Below, in pieces: positions 50,701-59,679 of a stretch of DNA of 64,000 nt. This stretch comes from a virus. The notes beneath the pieces were generated by a model that did no database searches, was not told the DNA's origin, and saw only the letters and a program-made list of their open reading frames with translations. The translations under genes and the position numbers were made by a program. The DNA is taken from the IMG/VR virus record IMGVR_UViG_3300008952_002784, positions 32,001 through 96,000 of that record, one strand, 5' to 3'. How positions within the stretch are numbered: position 1 is the first letter of the stretch; every line of letters starts with the position of its first letter.

Positions 50701-51374
50701 TTTCTAGAGTTGATCATTTTCTTGTTTGCTGCAGATATATGGGTACAACGAGTGTGCTAGGATCAGTAACACCCGGTCAGTCTAAGGGGTCAACATACAC
50801 ATTTAGAGATTTACAATTGTCCCGTGAGTTGGGTGACATAGAGTACTTTATTATTCTTGTAAATAATAATTATACCAAAACGTACAATCCAACAAAGTCA
50901 GCAACTCTGTCACAATCGTCTGATGTTCCAAGCATATTGTTGAGCTTAAAACATGCACCCAAGAATTCAATGCCGGATAATATTGTAGGTGTTGGAGGTT
51001 CGAAAGCCGGCTCACACAAAGCTGCTAGACTGTCAAGTAAGAATTCTAAGAGCGTTATACCAGGTGGTAGATCTACCAAGACAGGCAAATTTACAATTAT
51101 GCGAGATGCTTCCGGAGTCTCACAAGCAGCATTAGTATCACAGAAAAGCGTCCAAGGTGCAGCTAGGGTAGGATCTACGTCTACAAAAAGAAGATCATCA
51201 TCTGCTTCAAGTAGCAAACCAAAGAAAGCAACTGCATCACAGATCAAATCTTTGTCAGTAGATGAATCTACAGCTAGGTTACAAGGTACATCAAGTTCAT
51301 CTAGGGCTAAGTCTACACAAAGCTCAACAAAAAGATCATCTCGTAGGTCTAGCGGAAAAGGAAGGAACAGGTAA
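47775..51374 (+). CDS. 1199-aa Ser/Thr-rich protein with FN3/Ig-like middle and basic C-terminal tail
   Basis: Low-complexity S/T/A N-terminus; repeated '[FY].D......Y.Y' beta motifs; R/K/S-rich end. Confidence 0.65.
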   Translation: MKVLQQVSTSTTLQQGAANITSGKSSKTSTAASISSLASSPGVTGISVSQGISAASAVSSVSSLATLGTTRMIPITDPSISFSDVFEIDSDRGLSLLVDLLPGQYVDDQNLGVLSTEGDFTYQLRFFIDKTAAISNSVTKVVFKFFEDPTGTATSRETSGLRNTNLNDALSSVSMIKGRTAAYSSAVSALSTSPVVSSVSTISPATSIATSVASVSLTSHQLELISSTSATGYFKEVSVDLSSYLGIDEIPSVTELAGGVLASIPITYTFGVSTAATPTAVSEKITKGSHTTITSQIDLKPKALSVNPFNNAGLENGNGLTTSTTSVTNRMSSNAGVTAVQNSLIDPAALGQLSFSGATISSAMGTSIPGLGSMGASSFSMGNVTSTGINSVATMQSLPNPVAFGVSSPISNLNSNLGSLSIGNDDNKTVLNSTAMSNFSQDLFSNPITDLSAPIDSISTLSLPASIASVSIGEIQSELIEIIQNVSFGIDFLAQREKFYVVVELMGDNGATPIATKEFSVLHRDMLIEFLYPSIPPAVSCTLSLGDVNNIMITQRDPIGTHVRIERKIVDPDNMDNGFQVIEDKILVSPSMGSIIYTDRDANCYNPKSAIYRVTPIGPTGGEGTTFGWTVVNGVPVPEPVKKSDSKYSVVLSAENSGDGIKIELSNISEAIQSITLLKKCYSLRGFPSHSEYTRIPIQGKTVYNLPEGKKSVTVFDKSVVSNYEYLYQCEVHPRGFASSEVANGYALKEYIAPVRDNAAASIDGFTYDKTIGGIKYNLSSTPSEQSYQSIQNLLKLANVAESFIEDLNENRSRLDEMIMFHVSRFNLSSGKKYSYGIYPPGKFEDSAKVQGAKNIPALEPGVTYRYVNELMLTPPEILFKDAVTKISTQGLVETTTSVLSEKFYSSLLGDRRMPSQRELNDRSSSSEKQIYRGRTGIELSQEYTIPAIPPEILSISARKSCLGINNVTFTCSGDISRVDHFLVCCRYMGTTSVLGSVTPGQSKGSTYTFRDLQLSRELGDIEYFIILVNNNYTKTYNPTKSATLSQSSDVPSILLSLKHAPKNSMPDNIVGVGGSKAGSHKAARLSSKNSKSVIPGGRSTKTGKFTIMRDASGVSQAALVSQKSVQGAARVGSTSTKRRSSSASSSKPKKATASQIKSLSVDESTARLQGTSSSSRAKSTQSSTKRSSRRSSGKGRNR

Positions 51375-54300
51375 TGGCATTGACAACGCTGGGCGGTACT
51401 ACAAGCACTACCAGAGACACTGGAGTAGCTACTAGTTCATCATCACAAACATCTAGCAAGAGTGGAACAGTTTCAGCTGATATAACTAATTTGCTCGAGA
51501 CTGGTACTAGTTATGATGATCTGATGTCGGTAAATCTGACTATAATTGCTGATGCGCTAACAGAAGAAGAAGAACCCGCGGGCGTTATAGATGCACTAGA
51601 ATTGGGTGTAGTTTCTCTAGAAACAGTTGCAGAGCCTACATCACAAAAAACTAGAGTAACTGTCAATAACTCATTCTCTTTGAGTGAAGTGACGGGATTT
51701 CTATCTGATATAAACACAGATGGCACTCGACCTAAAGTAATACTATCAATTGATGCAGCAGATTTTGCAGTATTTGATACACATAATTTATTGCAAGCAC
51801 GCCGTCTAGTCAGGTATATGCGCACTTCTAACTTAGATGCACTAACAGACTCTGCAATGAGTGTTGATCCAGATGGAATTATGACTGCACTGGCAGAGAA
51901 TGTTGCTGTGATAGACGAGGAATTGGTCGATCAATTTGCAGCAATACAGTATGCTAGAAAGACTATGAACACAGCAGCTGATGCAATAGATTTAAAATTC
52001 TCAGAAGTAGCAATAATGGATCTAGCTGCTTCAAATTCATCAGATCTACTAACTGATTCTGAAGCATCTGGATTTATACCGCCAGCATCATTTGAGGGCT
52101 TTCTCAAGTCAATGGTAGGGATTACAGGCTATGATCCTGGAGAAACATCAAATACTAAAATGATTGCAATTGCATGTAATGACATTGTGAGGTCAATATA
52201 TACACTCGGCCCTGGCGCAGACGCTGGCCCTAGTCGAGGAGGTCAATCAACAACTGAGGGATACGTTTCATTCGGAGTAACAGAAGCATCTTCTGGCCTC
52301 CCGGAATCTTCAACATATCATAATAGTCGAAAAGAAGATCTATTTTCACCCGGACTTCATAACTTAAGTGCGCTAAGATTTCGTAAGTCACTGTATTCTC
52401 CAGTTTGGGCTGGTGATATTTCACTTATTGATCAGCTCTCAACTGATTCTTTGAGTGACAGAGCAGTAGCAATTGCAACAACGTTGTCAAACATACTGAT
52501 AACATCGGCAGGAATAGGTCGTTTAAGCGGTACTGAAATGGGCTCGAGATTCTCAGTTACAGATGGTTATGGGGGTTTAGAAAAAGCTTTTGGTGCCCTT
52601 CCAATGACAGTCACAGATAATATACTCAATATGTCATTTGAAGAAGGCTCTATTCTCGACTCAGTTGTCATTGGCGAAGAATTGGGAGACACAGAGTTAA
52701 GAATTCTACCATTTGAGTCAGGACACTACCCGAATCAAACATCACCACCAGTTGTCTCGGGTCGTGACTATTTTACAGAGCTTCCAATACGTTATCCGAC
52801 TGCTGGAAGAACTAACAATTTTTCTGAATTTGCTAGCAGTTTTTCATCGATAGTTTCAGATTCGGGTGATTACTTAGAAGAATTGTATGCAGTATCTGAG
52901 GACACTAACTTATCACCCGACAAGATATTAGCTGCTGTTTTGCAAGAATTTGCAACGTATCTTCAAAAACTATCTATATCGTCTAGTAGTTTTGACTATA
53001 ATGAAATGACTGCTCTTTCATGCAAAGTATATAGTGAGGCGCGCGCTCATGACGGCGTAGCAAGATATGACGCATATTCAGATTCAGAAATGCCGTCTGC
53101 AATCTCATCAGGGTATGCGGGTATAGATTCATTTTATGGTGAAGCTACACTGTCAAGTATGCTTTCTGGACAATACACAACTAGCACATCCGGCGCCAGT
53201 GTGCGTGGTTTGACGATGATTCAAATGCTAGCACGTCAATCATACTTGATGTCTTACGAATATGATCAATTATTATCTGATACTGAAAAGTCGGTAATAC
53301 CCACATCAAGTAATCTAGATGTTTTTGCTGATGATGTATATGCATCAGATTCTTTGTCAACATCTGTCAAAAACTATAGAATTGCCCTAGAAAAACATTA
53401 TAATTCGGGAGGATCTTCATCAGTTACAGCAGACGGAATTCTAGACGAAACAATAAGTATATCACCCTCTATACTGTCGCAAGCTGAGTCTTTAATACTC
53501 TTTAGAGACATGACAAATAATAGGCGAGGTAACTTATCAAAAACAAGCTACATAGAAGAAGACGGTTGGAACATTGATAATAGTACAGATCCTCTATCAC
53601 TATACAATGGTGACGGATTTGGTGTAATTACTGATTCACCTGACGACTCTTTAGTATACTCATCTGTTAGATTCACTAGATCGTTGCAAAAAGCCGCGAT
53701 GGAATTGTCGAAACGTAACGGCGCCGACGAAACATCGTATCTAGATTCAAATGGATTGACTAACTTTGGAAATGTCAGTGATAATCAAATTATGTTTCTG
53801 GTTACAGATTTATATTCAACACTAGCCAAGATGTTATTTTCGATAAAGGCTGCATGGTGCAGTAGTGAATATCAAATAGATACAACAGAAACTACAGAGG
53901 CACAAAATGTAGCACTTGAGGTGAAATTTGGTGGTGTTAGCGGAACATCTGATGTAACTCTCAAATCCGGAGTTGCTATGCTTGATTGGGACCATGACAT
54001 GCACCAAAAGATGTCATCAACACTTGCAGCTTTAGTAAGTTCAATACAGACAGGGTCAAAATTAACTGACTTGTTCACATCAACAGGAGAAGAATCATCG
54101 ATAGCAGGGGTGTCTAAGACATCTGTTATTTCTTTAGAGGGTACAACTCCTGACATGCTGATAAACATGCTGGAGCGATCAAAATTAACACGACGACATG
54201 TAAAGTATTGTGCCAGCCTACTAAAATCTGTTGCAGACAACTTAACTAATTCTTCGTCCAATGCACTAGATCTAGTTGATTTTCTATCAAACCCCAGTAC

Positions 54301-55648
54301 AAACAGTCTAGAATCCTCAGGCATGTCAGATTCTTCTGTGGACTTTTTAGCAAAAATATATACTGCAGCAGCCAAACAACCCGGTGGTAATGAATATCAA
54401 ACATTTAGACACTTGACATCTCAGCAACTATCGCTTAAGTTAGTTGACAAAGAAAGGATGACGTCTGAAGACGGCAGATCATCTTACACAATGAAGTCAG
54501 CCACTATGTGCAAAGCAGAAAGAGTTGCTGTAGACTCACTAGTTGATAAGATTGCCGAAGAAGATGAAGAGTACGGTAACGGTTACATAATATCATCGAT
54601 AGGCATGCCATCAGGAGCAATTGAATTACTTCGAAGACCTACTGGCTTTTCCGGTGAAGCATTATCATCTAACACGTCTACACAAATAAAAGTAACTAAG
54701 TCAACAGTTTCTGAGGTTTTCAAGACTCTTACGTACCCAAGTCAATCTGTGACATTTGACTTTGAATTATTTTTGCTACCAGACTCTTTTGATAGCATAA
54801 CTACCATAGTAGACACTGGAGAAGACACGACAACGTCTGCGTTGTGGGCTGATGTTGTCGATTCTGCAATACTCTATAGAGTAAGAGCTGGAGAAATAGT
54901 AGAATCTGGAAACTGGACATCTCTGGGTATATCTGTAGATGTTGCGGAAGCACATGTTCGAAGCCATGTCGTATCTCTACTATTTTTTGAAATATTTGGA
55001 ATATCACTTTCAGAAGGCGATTTCTTTATCAATAGTATGTCATCAATATCAAAACCGGCTATAGATAAGGAAGCGTACGATACTTTAGAATCAGTGTTAT
55101 CTGACACTAGTGTGGCATCATCAAGCGGACTAAACGCAAATTCTTTGCACAAACTTCTACTGCCGGGAAAACATAACAATGATTTCTATTTTGCTATTTC
55201 TGATGGTACTCTAGACAACACAATTCATGGAAAGGACGTCACAGTTGATGTGGAGGGGACACAAGTAGTCGTTACAACCCCACCGTCAGCAACACGAGAA
55301 GAACTTCGAAGAATTGTCTCACTGGGTCAAACAAATCTTTACGCCGGGAAAATTAAGAATTCTAGAATAATGGCACCGTCTAGATTTGACAGAGTATTTA
55401 ATTTTATGTTACCAAAAGTGTATAGTGACGGTGATCAGGTAAACAACATAGCTTCGTCAGGAACTAGCAACTTGCCTGGCGCGACAGTAGATCTACAGTC
55501 AGATATTCAGTCACTGCAAGATGCAGTAGTCAATTATGATGTAGATGACACCGGAACAAGCACAATTAATGTTGGTAACAATTCAATTGAAGTTAAAGAA
55601 TTGGCTTATCACTTAGATACAATTTACTATTCAGTAGAAATGGTATAA
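51374..55648 (+). CDS. 1424-aa acidic Ser/Thr-rich protein, probably virion-associated
   Basis: Long ORF TAATG-coupled in the structural operon; no recognised domain. Confidence 0.65.
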   Translation: MALTTLGGTTSTTRDTGVATSSSSQTSSKSGTVSADITNLLETGTSYDDLMSVNLTIIADALTEEEEPAGVIDALELGVVSLETVAEPTSQKTRVTVNNSFSLSEVTGFLSDINTDGTRPKVILSIDAADFAVFDTHNLLQARRLVRYMRTSNLDALTDSAMSVDPDGIMTALAENVAVIDEELVDQFAAIQYARKTMNTAADAIDLKFSEVAIMDLAASNSSDLLTDSEASGFIPPASFEGFLKSMVGITGYDPGETSNTKMIAIACNDIVRSIYTLGPGADAGPSRGGQSTTEGYVSFGVTEASSGLPESSTYHNSRKEDLFSPGLHNLSALRFRKSLYSPVWAGDISLIDQLSTDSLSDRAVAIATTLSNILITSAGIGRLSGTEMGSRFSVTDGYGGLEKAFGALPMTVTDNILNMSFEEGSILDSVVIGEELGDTELRILPFESGHYPNQTSPPVVSGRDYFTELPIRYPTAGRTNNFSEFASSFSSIVSDSGDYLEELYAVSEDTNLSPDKILAAVLQEFATYLQKLSISSSSFDYNEMTALSCKVYSEARAHDGVARYDAYSDSEMPSAISSGYAGIDSFYGEATLSSMLSGQYTTSTSGASVRGLTMIQMLARQSYLMSYEYDQLLSDTEKSVIPTSSNLDVFADDVYASDSLSTSVKNYRIALEKHYNSGGSSSVTADGILDETISISPSILSQAESLILFRDMTNNRRGNLSKTSYIEEDGWNIDNSTDPLSLYNGDGFGVITDSPDDSLVYSSVRFTRSLQKAAMELSKRNGADETSYLDSNGLTNFGNVSDNQIMFLVTDLYSTLAKMLFSIKAAWCSSEYQIDTTETTEAQNVALEVKFGGVSGTSDVTLKSGVAMLDWDHDMHQKMSSTLAALVSSIQTGSKLTDLFTSTGEESSIAGVSKTSVISLEGTTPDMLINMLERSKLTRRHVKYCASLLKSVADNLTNSSSNALDLVDFLSNPSTNSLESSGMSDSSVDFLAKIYTAAAKQPGGNEYQTFRHLTSQQLSLKLVDKERMTSEDGRSSYTMKSATMCKAERVAVDSLVDKIAEEDEEYGNGYIISSIGMPSGAIELLRRPTGFSGEALSSNTSTQIKVTKSTVSEVFKTLTYPSQSVTFDFELFLLPDSFDSITTIVDTGEDTTTSALWADVVDSAILYRVRAGEIVESGNWTSLGISVDVAEAHVRSHVVSLLFFEIFGISLSEGDFFINSMSSISKPAIDKEAYDTLESVLSDTSVASSSGLNANSLHKLLLPGKHNNDFYFAISDGTLDNTIHGKDVTVDVEGTQVVVTTPPSATREELRRIVSLGQTNLYAGKIKNSRIMAPSRFDRVFNFMLPKVYSDGDQVNNIASSGTSNLPGATVDLQSDIQSLQDAVVNYDVDDTGTSTINVGNNSIEVKELAYHLDTIYYSVEMV

Positions 55649-55660
55649 GGAGGAGGTACA

Positions 55661-57550
55661 ATGTCACAAACTGCACCTGTGGACTTTATCACAAAGTCTA
55701 TTACAGATTTAAACGTTCCAGACTGTCCTGTTGACTCTCTAGAGACGCGATTTATATATAATTATTTTGTCAACAATGAAATGATTGACGACACAGGCAT
55801 GCCATTACCTGACGGCGGCACTGCAACACAAATACAAGCTTTACTATCAGGTGGAACATCACTTAAGTCACTAGCTAGATATGTCACTTTGCAGTGGTCT
55901 ACGCCAGAACGATTCACATCAAATAATGTGGATCTTTTTCTAGACAATAGTCGACTTATTGATTTGAGTGCAGCATCATCTGCGGGCTTAGTAAATAGAG
56001 AGACAGATGTCACAATTGACGGCCGTGATATCGTAGTTTATCAGGACAAAGATCTAGTCAAACAGATAACTTCTTTGATTGACACATCAGCTCTATATAG
56101 ATTGGGTGCTCTTCCTGGGTCTGAACTTTCTCAAAATGAAGTAGCTACTCTATTGAATGACATGACGCCTGATGATGTAGACGGCGAGCTATTATTAGAG
56201 ATGGCTTCTGATCCAAGTAGATTTGGTGTCACGTACATTAATGAAGCTGAGGGGAAAAAGATCGAGCTAAATCCTTTGAGATCAGCAGCTTCACAAAGAT
56301 TTTCACTTCAAGTAGACAGATCAGTACTAAGAGACATAACAGATCAGCAGTCTAGAAATCCATTTTCGTCTGATTGCGTATTTTCTTTACTTGATAGAAA
56401 GCTAATTGAGGCGTATCAGATGAGCCAAGTTCAAAATGATCATACCGGAATCGATCTAGAGTCAGACTTTGAACCAGCCATTCAGGCTTTTGCTGTGTCT
56501 TCAGGTGTAACAACATACAGCCCACCTGAGCTTAAAATTGCTGGATATGTTGTAGAGAAGTTTGAAGTGTTCAAAGACGGCCGCCGCGAGCTCAAAGAAT
56601 CTATTTTTGTAAGTAATCCGGGTGTTAATCAAACCATTGATACGAAGATAAAATACGGAAAGGCATATGCATATACAGTAAGCACAGTATGTTTGCTCAG
56701 CTTTACAGAAGCAGTAGTGTCTGGTGGGGGAAGCTCAAATGCTAGTCTAGGGGGAAATGCAGCAGGTGGCACAACAACGATGTGTCATGTCTCTTGTCTA
56801 GTTAGATCACGTAGAAGTAGCGAAAGACTAGTTAATTGCACAGAAGAAATTCCGCCTACTCCACCAAATGCAATAACATTTACATACGACTATAAGAAAG
56901 AGTCATTATACATAGAATGGCAAAATCCAGTTGTCAGGCAAAATGATGTTAAAAAAATACAAATATTCCGGAGGTCCTCTATATTTGAGCCGTTTACAAT
57001 AATCGCACAATACGATTTTGACGATTCTATAGAGAAAATAGCAACAGCTGAAGTAGTCAATAGCAATATCAACTTTATTGTACCCGGGCCTATAAGCCAT
57101 CATAGTGATAAAGACTTCTCGAGAAGTACAGGGACAGCAGATGCAATTTACGCATTATGTTCTATAGACGCTCATGGAATGACTTCTAATTATTCAACTC
57201 AATATCATGTAAAATACAATGCTATGAAAAATAACGTAGCAGTCAAGCGGATATCTTCAAAGGGTGCACCAAAACAATATCCCAACTCTTTTTTAGACCC
57301 ACGCTTGGATAAAAATATTTCAAGCCAGCGACTATTAGAAGATAAAATGTCAGACTCTAGAAGATATTCTATGAGAGTATACTTTGATCCTGAATACTTA
57401 CAAGTAAACGACGGCAACGGAGAAGATATGAAATTAATGACATATGACTCCACCGGGGTGTATAAGTTCCTAATATTAAATTTAGACAGGCAAAGAACAA
57501 GAATGTTAACATTTACATTACAAGATAAGCGTACTCCTACACATCAATGA
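55661..57550 (+). CDS. Virion protein with FN3-like domains
   Basis: SD AAGGAGGAGG; 'GYVVEK...IDTKIKYGKAYAYTV', 'PPTPP..ITF..LYIEW', 'IQIFRR'. Confidence 0.6.
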   Translation: MSQTAPVDFITKSITDLNVPDCPVDSLETRFIYNYFVNNEMIDDTGMPLPDGGTATQIQALLSGGTSLKSLARYVTLQWSTPERFTSNNVDLFLDNSRLIDLSAASSAGLVNRETDVTIDGRDIVVYQDKDLVKQITSLIDTSALYRLGALPGSELSQNEVATLLNDMTPDDVDGELLLEMASDPSRFGVTYINEAEGKKIELNPLRSAASQRFSLQVDRSVLRDITDQQSRNPFSSDCVFSLLDRKLIEAYQMSQVQNDHTGIDLESDFEPAIQAFAVSSGVTTYSPPELKIAGYVVEKFEVFKDGRRELKESIFVSNPGVNQTIDTKIKYGKAYAYTVSTVCLLSFTEAVVSGGGSSNASLGGNAAGGTTTMCHVSCLVRSRRSSERLVNCTEEIPPTPPNAITFTYDYKKESLYIEWQNPVVRQNDVKKIQIFRRSSIFEPFTIIAQYDFDDSIEKIATAEVVNSNINFIVPGPISHHSDKDFSRSTGTADAIYALCSIDAHGMTSNYSTQYHVKYNAMKNNVAVKRISSKGAPKQYPNSFLDPRLDKNISSQRLLEDKMSDSRRYSMRVYFDPEYLQVNDGNGEDMKLMTYDSTGVYKFLILNLDRQRTRMLTFTLQDKRTPTHQ

Positions 57551-57592
57551 TAGAAAGTATTTTCAACCTTTTACCAGACACGATAAAGTCAT

Positions 57593-57599
57593 ATACTTA
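57593..57599 (+). promoter_or_regulatory. Candidate late-promoter motif ATACTTA
   Basis: ATA-N-TTA in the 109-nt gap before 57660. Confidence 0.35.
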
Positions 57600-57659
57600 A
57601 TGAAGAATCGTAGAATAGTGTCACAGTGGCATATAACATAAAGCGGAGGGCAAGCAATT

Positions 57660-58364
57660 ATGGGTTTCCTTGATCACAGTTCTAATAATATAATCGTCGA
57701 TGCAGTACTTACAGAGAAGGGTAGAGAGATTTTAGCAACAAATGCTGGCGCATTTCAAGTTGTACAATATACTCTAGCAGATGACGAAGTCGACTACAGA
57801 ATTATTGAGAGATTCGGTCGAACAGTTGGAAAAGAAAAAATAATAAAGAATACACCTGTATTTGAAGCACAAACGATGGGTGAAATTGCGCTCAAACATC
57901 CTTTAGTGTCACAGTCAGGGCCCCTGGATACCTTGCCCGTAATGAGTATTGTTTCTCCGACTAGTCTATCTTTTAAGAAAAATAATACAGCAATTACATT
58001 ATCACTTGAAACTAAGATGGAAGGTGTATCAACATCAGTTCCGACAGGGTTTCAAGATACATCATTTATAGTAAGCCTTCCTACAAGATTTCTTAGCTTT
58101 AGATCTTCGACGTCGTCGCAGAAATTATATGATACACAAAATATGCACCAAACTGCAGTTTATAAAGTAGCAGGAAATGCAACAAATATGGGTACAACAT
58201 TATCATTGTCACTATCTGTAAATCAGGGTCTAACGACAACAGACTTCAATGTATACGGTGATCCAAGCACAAACAAATCATCGATTTCGACAATTGTTAC
58301 TGTAATTGGTCATCAATCTGGGCTTCGTGCTGATATGCAAATAGAGATAAGAGATGAAACATAA
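57660..58364 (+). CDS. Virion protein with a fibre-docking (DUF3751-like) N-terminal motif
   Basis: 'VDAVLTEKGREILA...FQVVQYTLADDEVDY', 'NTPVFEA'. Confidence 0.6.
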   Translation: MGFLDHSSNNIIVDAVLTEKGREILATNAGAFQVVQYTLADDEVDYRIIERFGRTVGKEKIIKNTPVFEAQTMGEIALKHPLVSQSGPLDTLPVMSIVSPTSLSFKKNNTAITLSLETKMEGVSTSVPTGFQDTSFIVSLPTRFLSFRSSTSSQKLYDTQNMHQTAVYKVAGNATNMGTTLSLSLSVNQGLTTTDFNVYGDPSTNKSSISTIVTVIGHQSGLRADMQIEIRDET

Positions 58365-58387
58365 TCATCAATTTATAGAGGGTTGAG

Positions 58388-59656
58388 ATGGGTAGATTAA
58401 AAGACGTTGAGTCAACAAAACAGACTAAATCATATTTGAATCAGTTAGTTGATATCATACAAGAAGATATCTCGGGTTCAAACACGCGCAGAAAATATCA
58501 AGTATTTGTAACTGGTGGCGTCGGTCCCGGTGTTACTAGTTCTTTGTTCCAGACAATTTATGATCAGAATTTTACACTTCAAACTGCTAATCCGATCATG
58601 GATGTTACAGTAGGACTTTATCTTTCTGGCGCAACTGTTCAAACAGCATCAAGCGGGGAAGATAGTTCAGGGAAATTATTATTTCCTTCTACATCGCTAA
58701 TGATGAGGGAGAAAGTTGACATATACAGTCAGTATTCAAAGCTTCTTCTTGGCAATGCTAAGACTGCTTTTTATGCTCCGTATAATGATTCTAATGATGA
58801 CAACAGGATTGAAAATGCCTACTTCATCTCTTTCAAACGTCTTTTCTCACGAGATAAGATCAAGAAAGAAACATTTGCACTAAGATTTTATACTACCGGG
58901 GTTGTTGTTTACCCAGAAGAGAAAGATGGAGATTTGAGTGGAGAAACGTCAGGGATCAATGCAAAACAGCCATACTTCACAAATCTAAATAGAACCAGTA
59001 CAACGGGTAGTACGATATTCACAGATATCGGTGCAGCAACAAATACTGTACAGACATTTGGAGGAGAAGTAGCTAATATTGTACAGGCAGATAACACTGC
59101 AAACAAAGTCGGCCTGATCTTTTATGATCACGGCACTATAGTGTTTGATCTCAACAAGGTAATGTCTGGAACGCAATTCGTTTCCGGTGTTATTGACGGA
59201 ATGAACAATAACACTGCACTAGGGTTGTCTTCAGGGAAGACAGTTATTGGAGGTCTATACGGTGCTGGATCAAAATCAGCGAAATTTATTCCAGACTTAA
59301 TGACGTCAGCATCAATTGATGATATTGTGGATCACATATGTACTACACGATTCTCGTCAGGCACACTCACAGCAATGACATTTCAAAATATTACAACTAT
59401 CAATTCTATGTTGATATTTTGTCGAGCAACTGCAGATGACTTTAACTACTCTTCTAATCCCACATTTACAAATGATGTGGGAAAAATACGTGTCATCGAT
59501 CAGGGCCAGGAACAATTCCAGAGATCGTTTACATTTCCGACGACTGTAGGACTTTATGATGACGTCGGAAACTTATTAGCAGTTGCTAAGATGTCTAGAC
59601 CAATTGAGAAGAACGATGAAAAAGATGTCACGTTCCGCATACGTTTAGATTTTTAG
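58388..59656 (+). CDS. Virion/baseplate protein; C-terminus paralogous to 59680
   Basis: 'FNYSSNPTF...TTVGLYDDVGNLLAVAKMSRPIEK...FRIRLDF'. Confidence 0.65.
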   Translation: MGRLKDVESTKQTKSYLNQLVDIIQEDISGSNTRRKYQVFVTGGVGPGVTSSLFQTIYDQNFTLQTANPIMDVTVGLYLSGATVQTASSGEDSSGKLLFPSTSLMMREKVDIYSQYSKLLLGNAKTAFYAPYNDSNDDNRIENAYFISFKRLFSRDKIKKETFALRFYTTGVVVYPEEKDGDLSGETSGINAKQPYFTNLNRTSTTGSTIFTDIGAATNTVQTFGGEVANIVQADNTANKVGLIFYDHGTIVFDLNKVMSGTQFVSGVIDGMNNNTALGLSSGKTVIGGLYGAGSKSAKFIPDLMTSASIDDIVDHICTTRFSSGTLTAMTFQNITTINSMLIFCRATADDFNYSSNPTFTNDVGKIRVIDQGQEQFQRSFTFPTTVGLYDDVGNLLAVAKMSRPIEKNDEKDVTFRIRLDF

Positions 59657-59679
59657 TTTTAGTAGTAATATGAGTTTTT

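Noticed and set aside
57551-57659. tRNA, ncRNA or intrinsic terminator in the longest intergenic gap
   Set aside because: No cloverleaf or GC hairpin with a U-tract is visible; no convincing terminator was seen anywhere in the window
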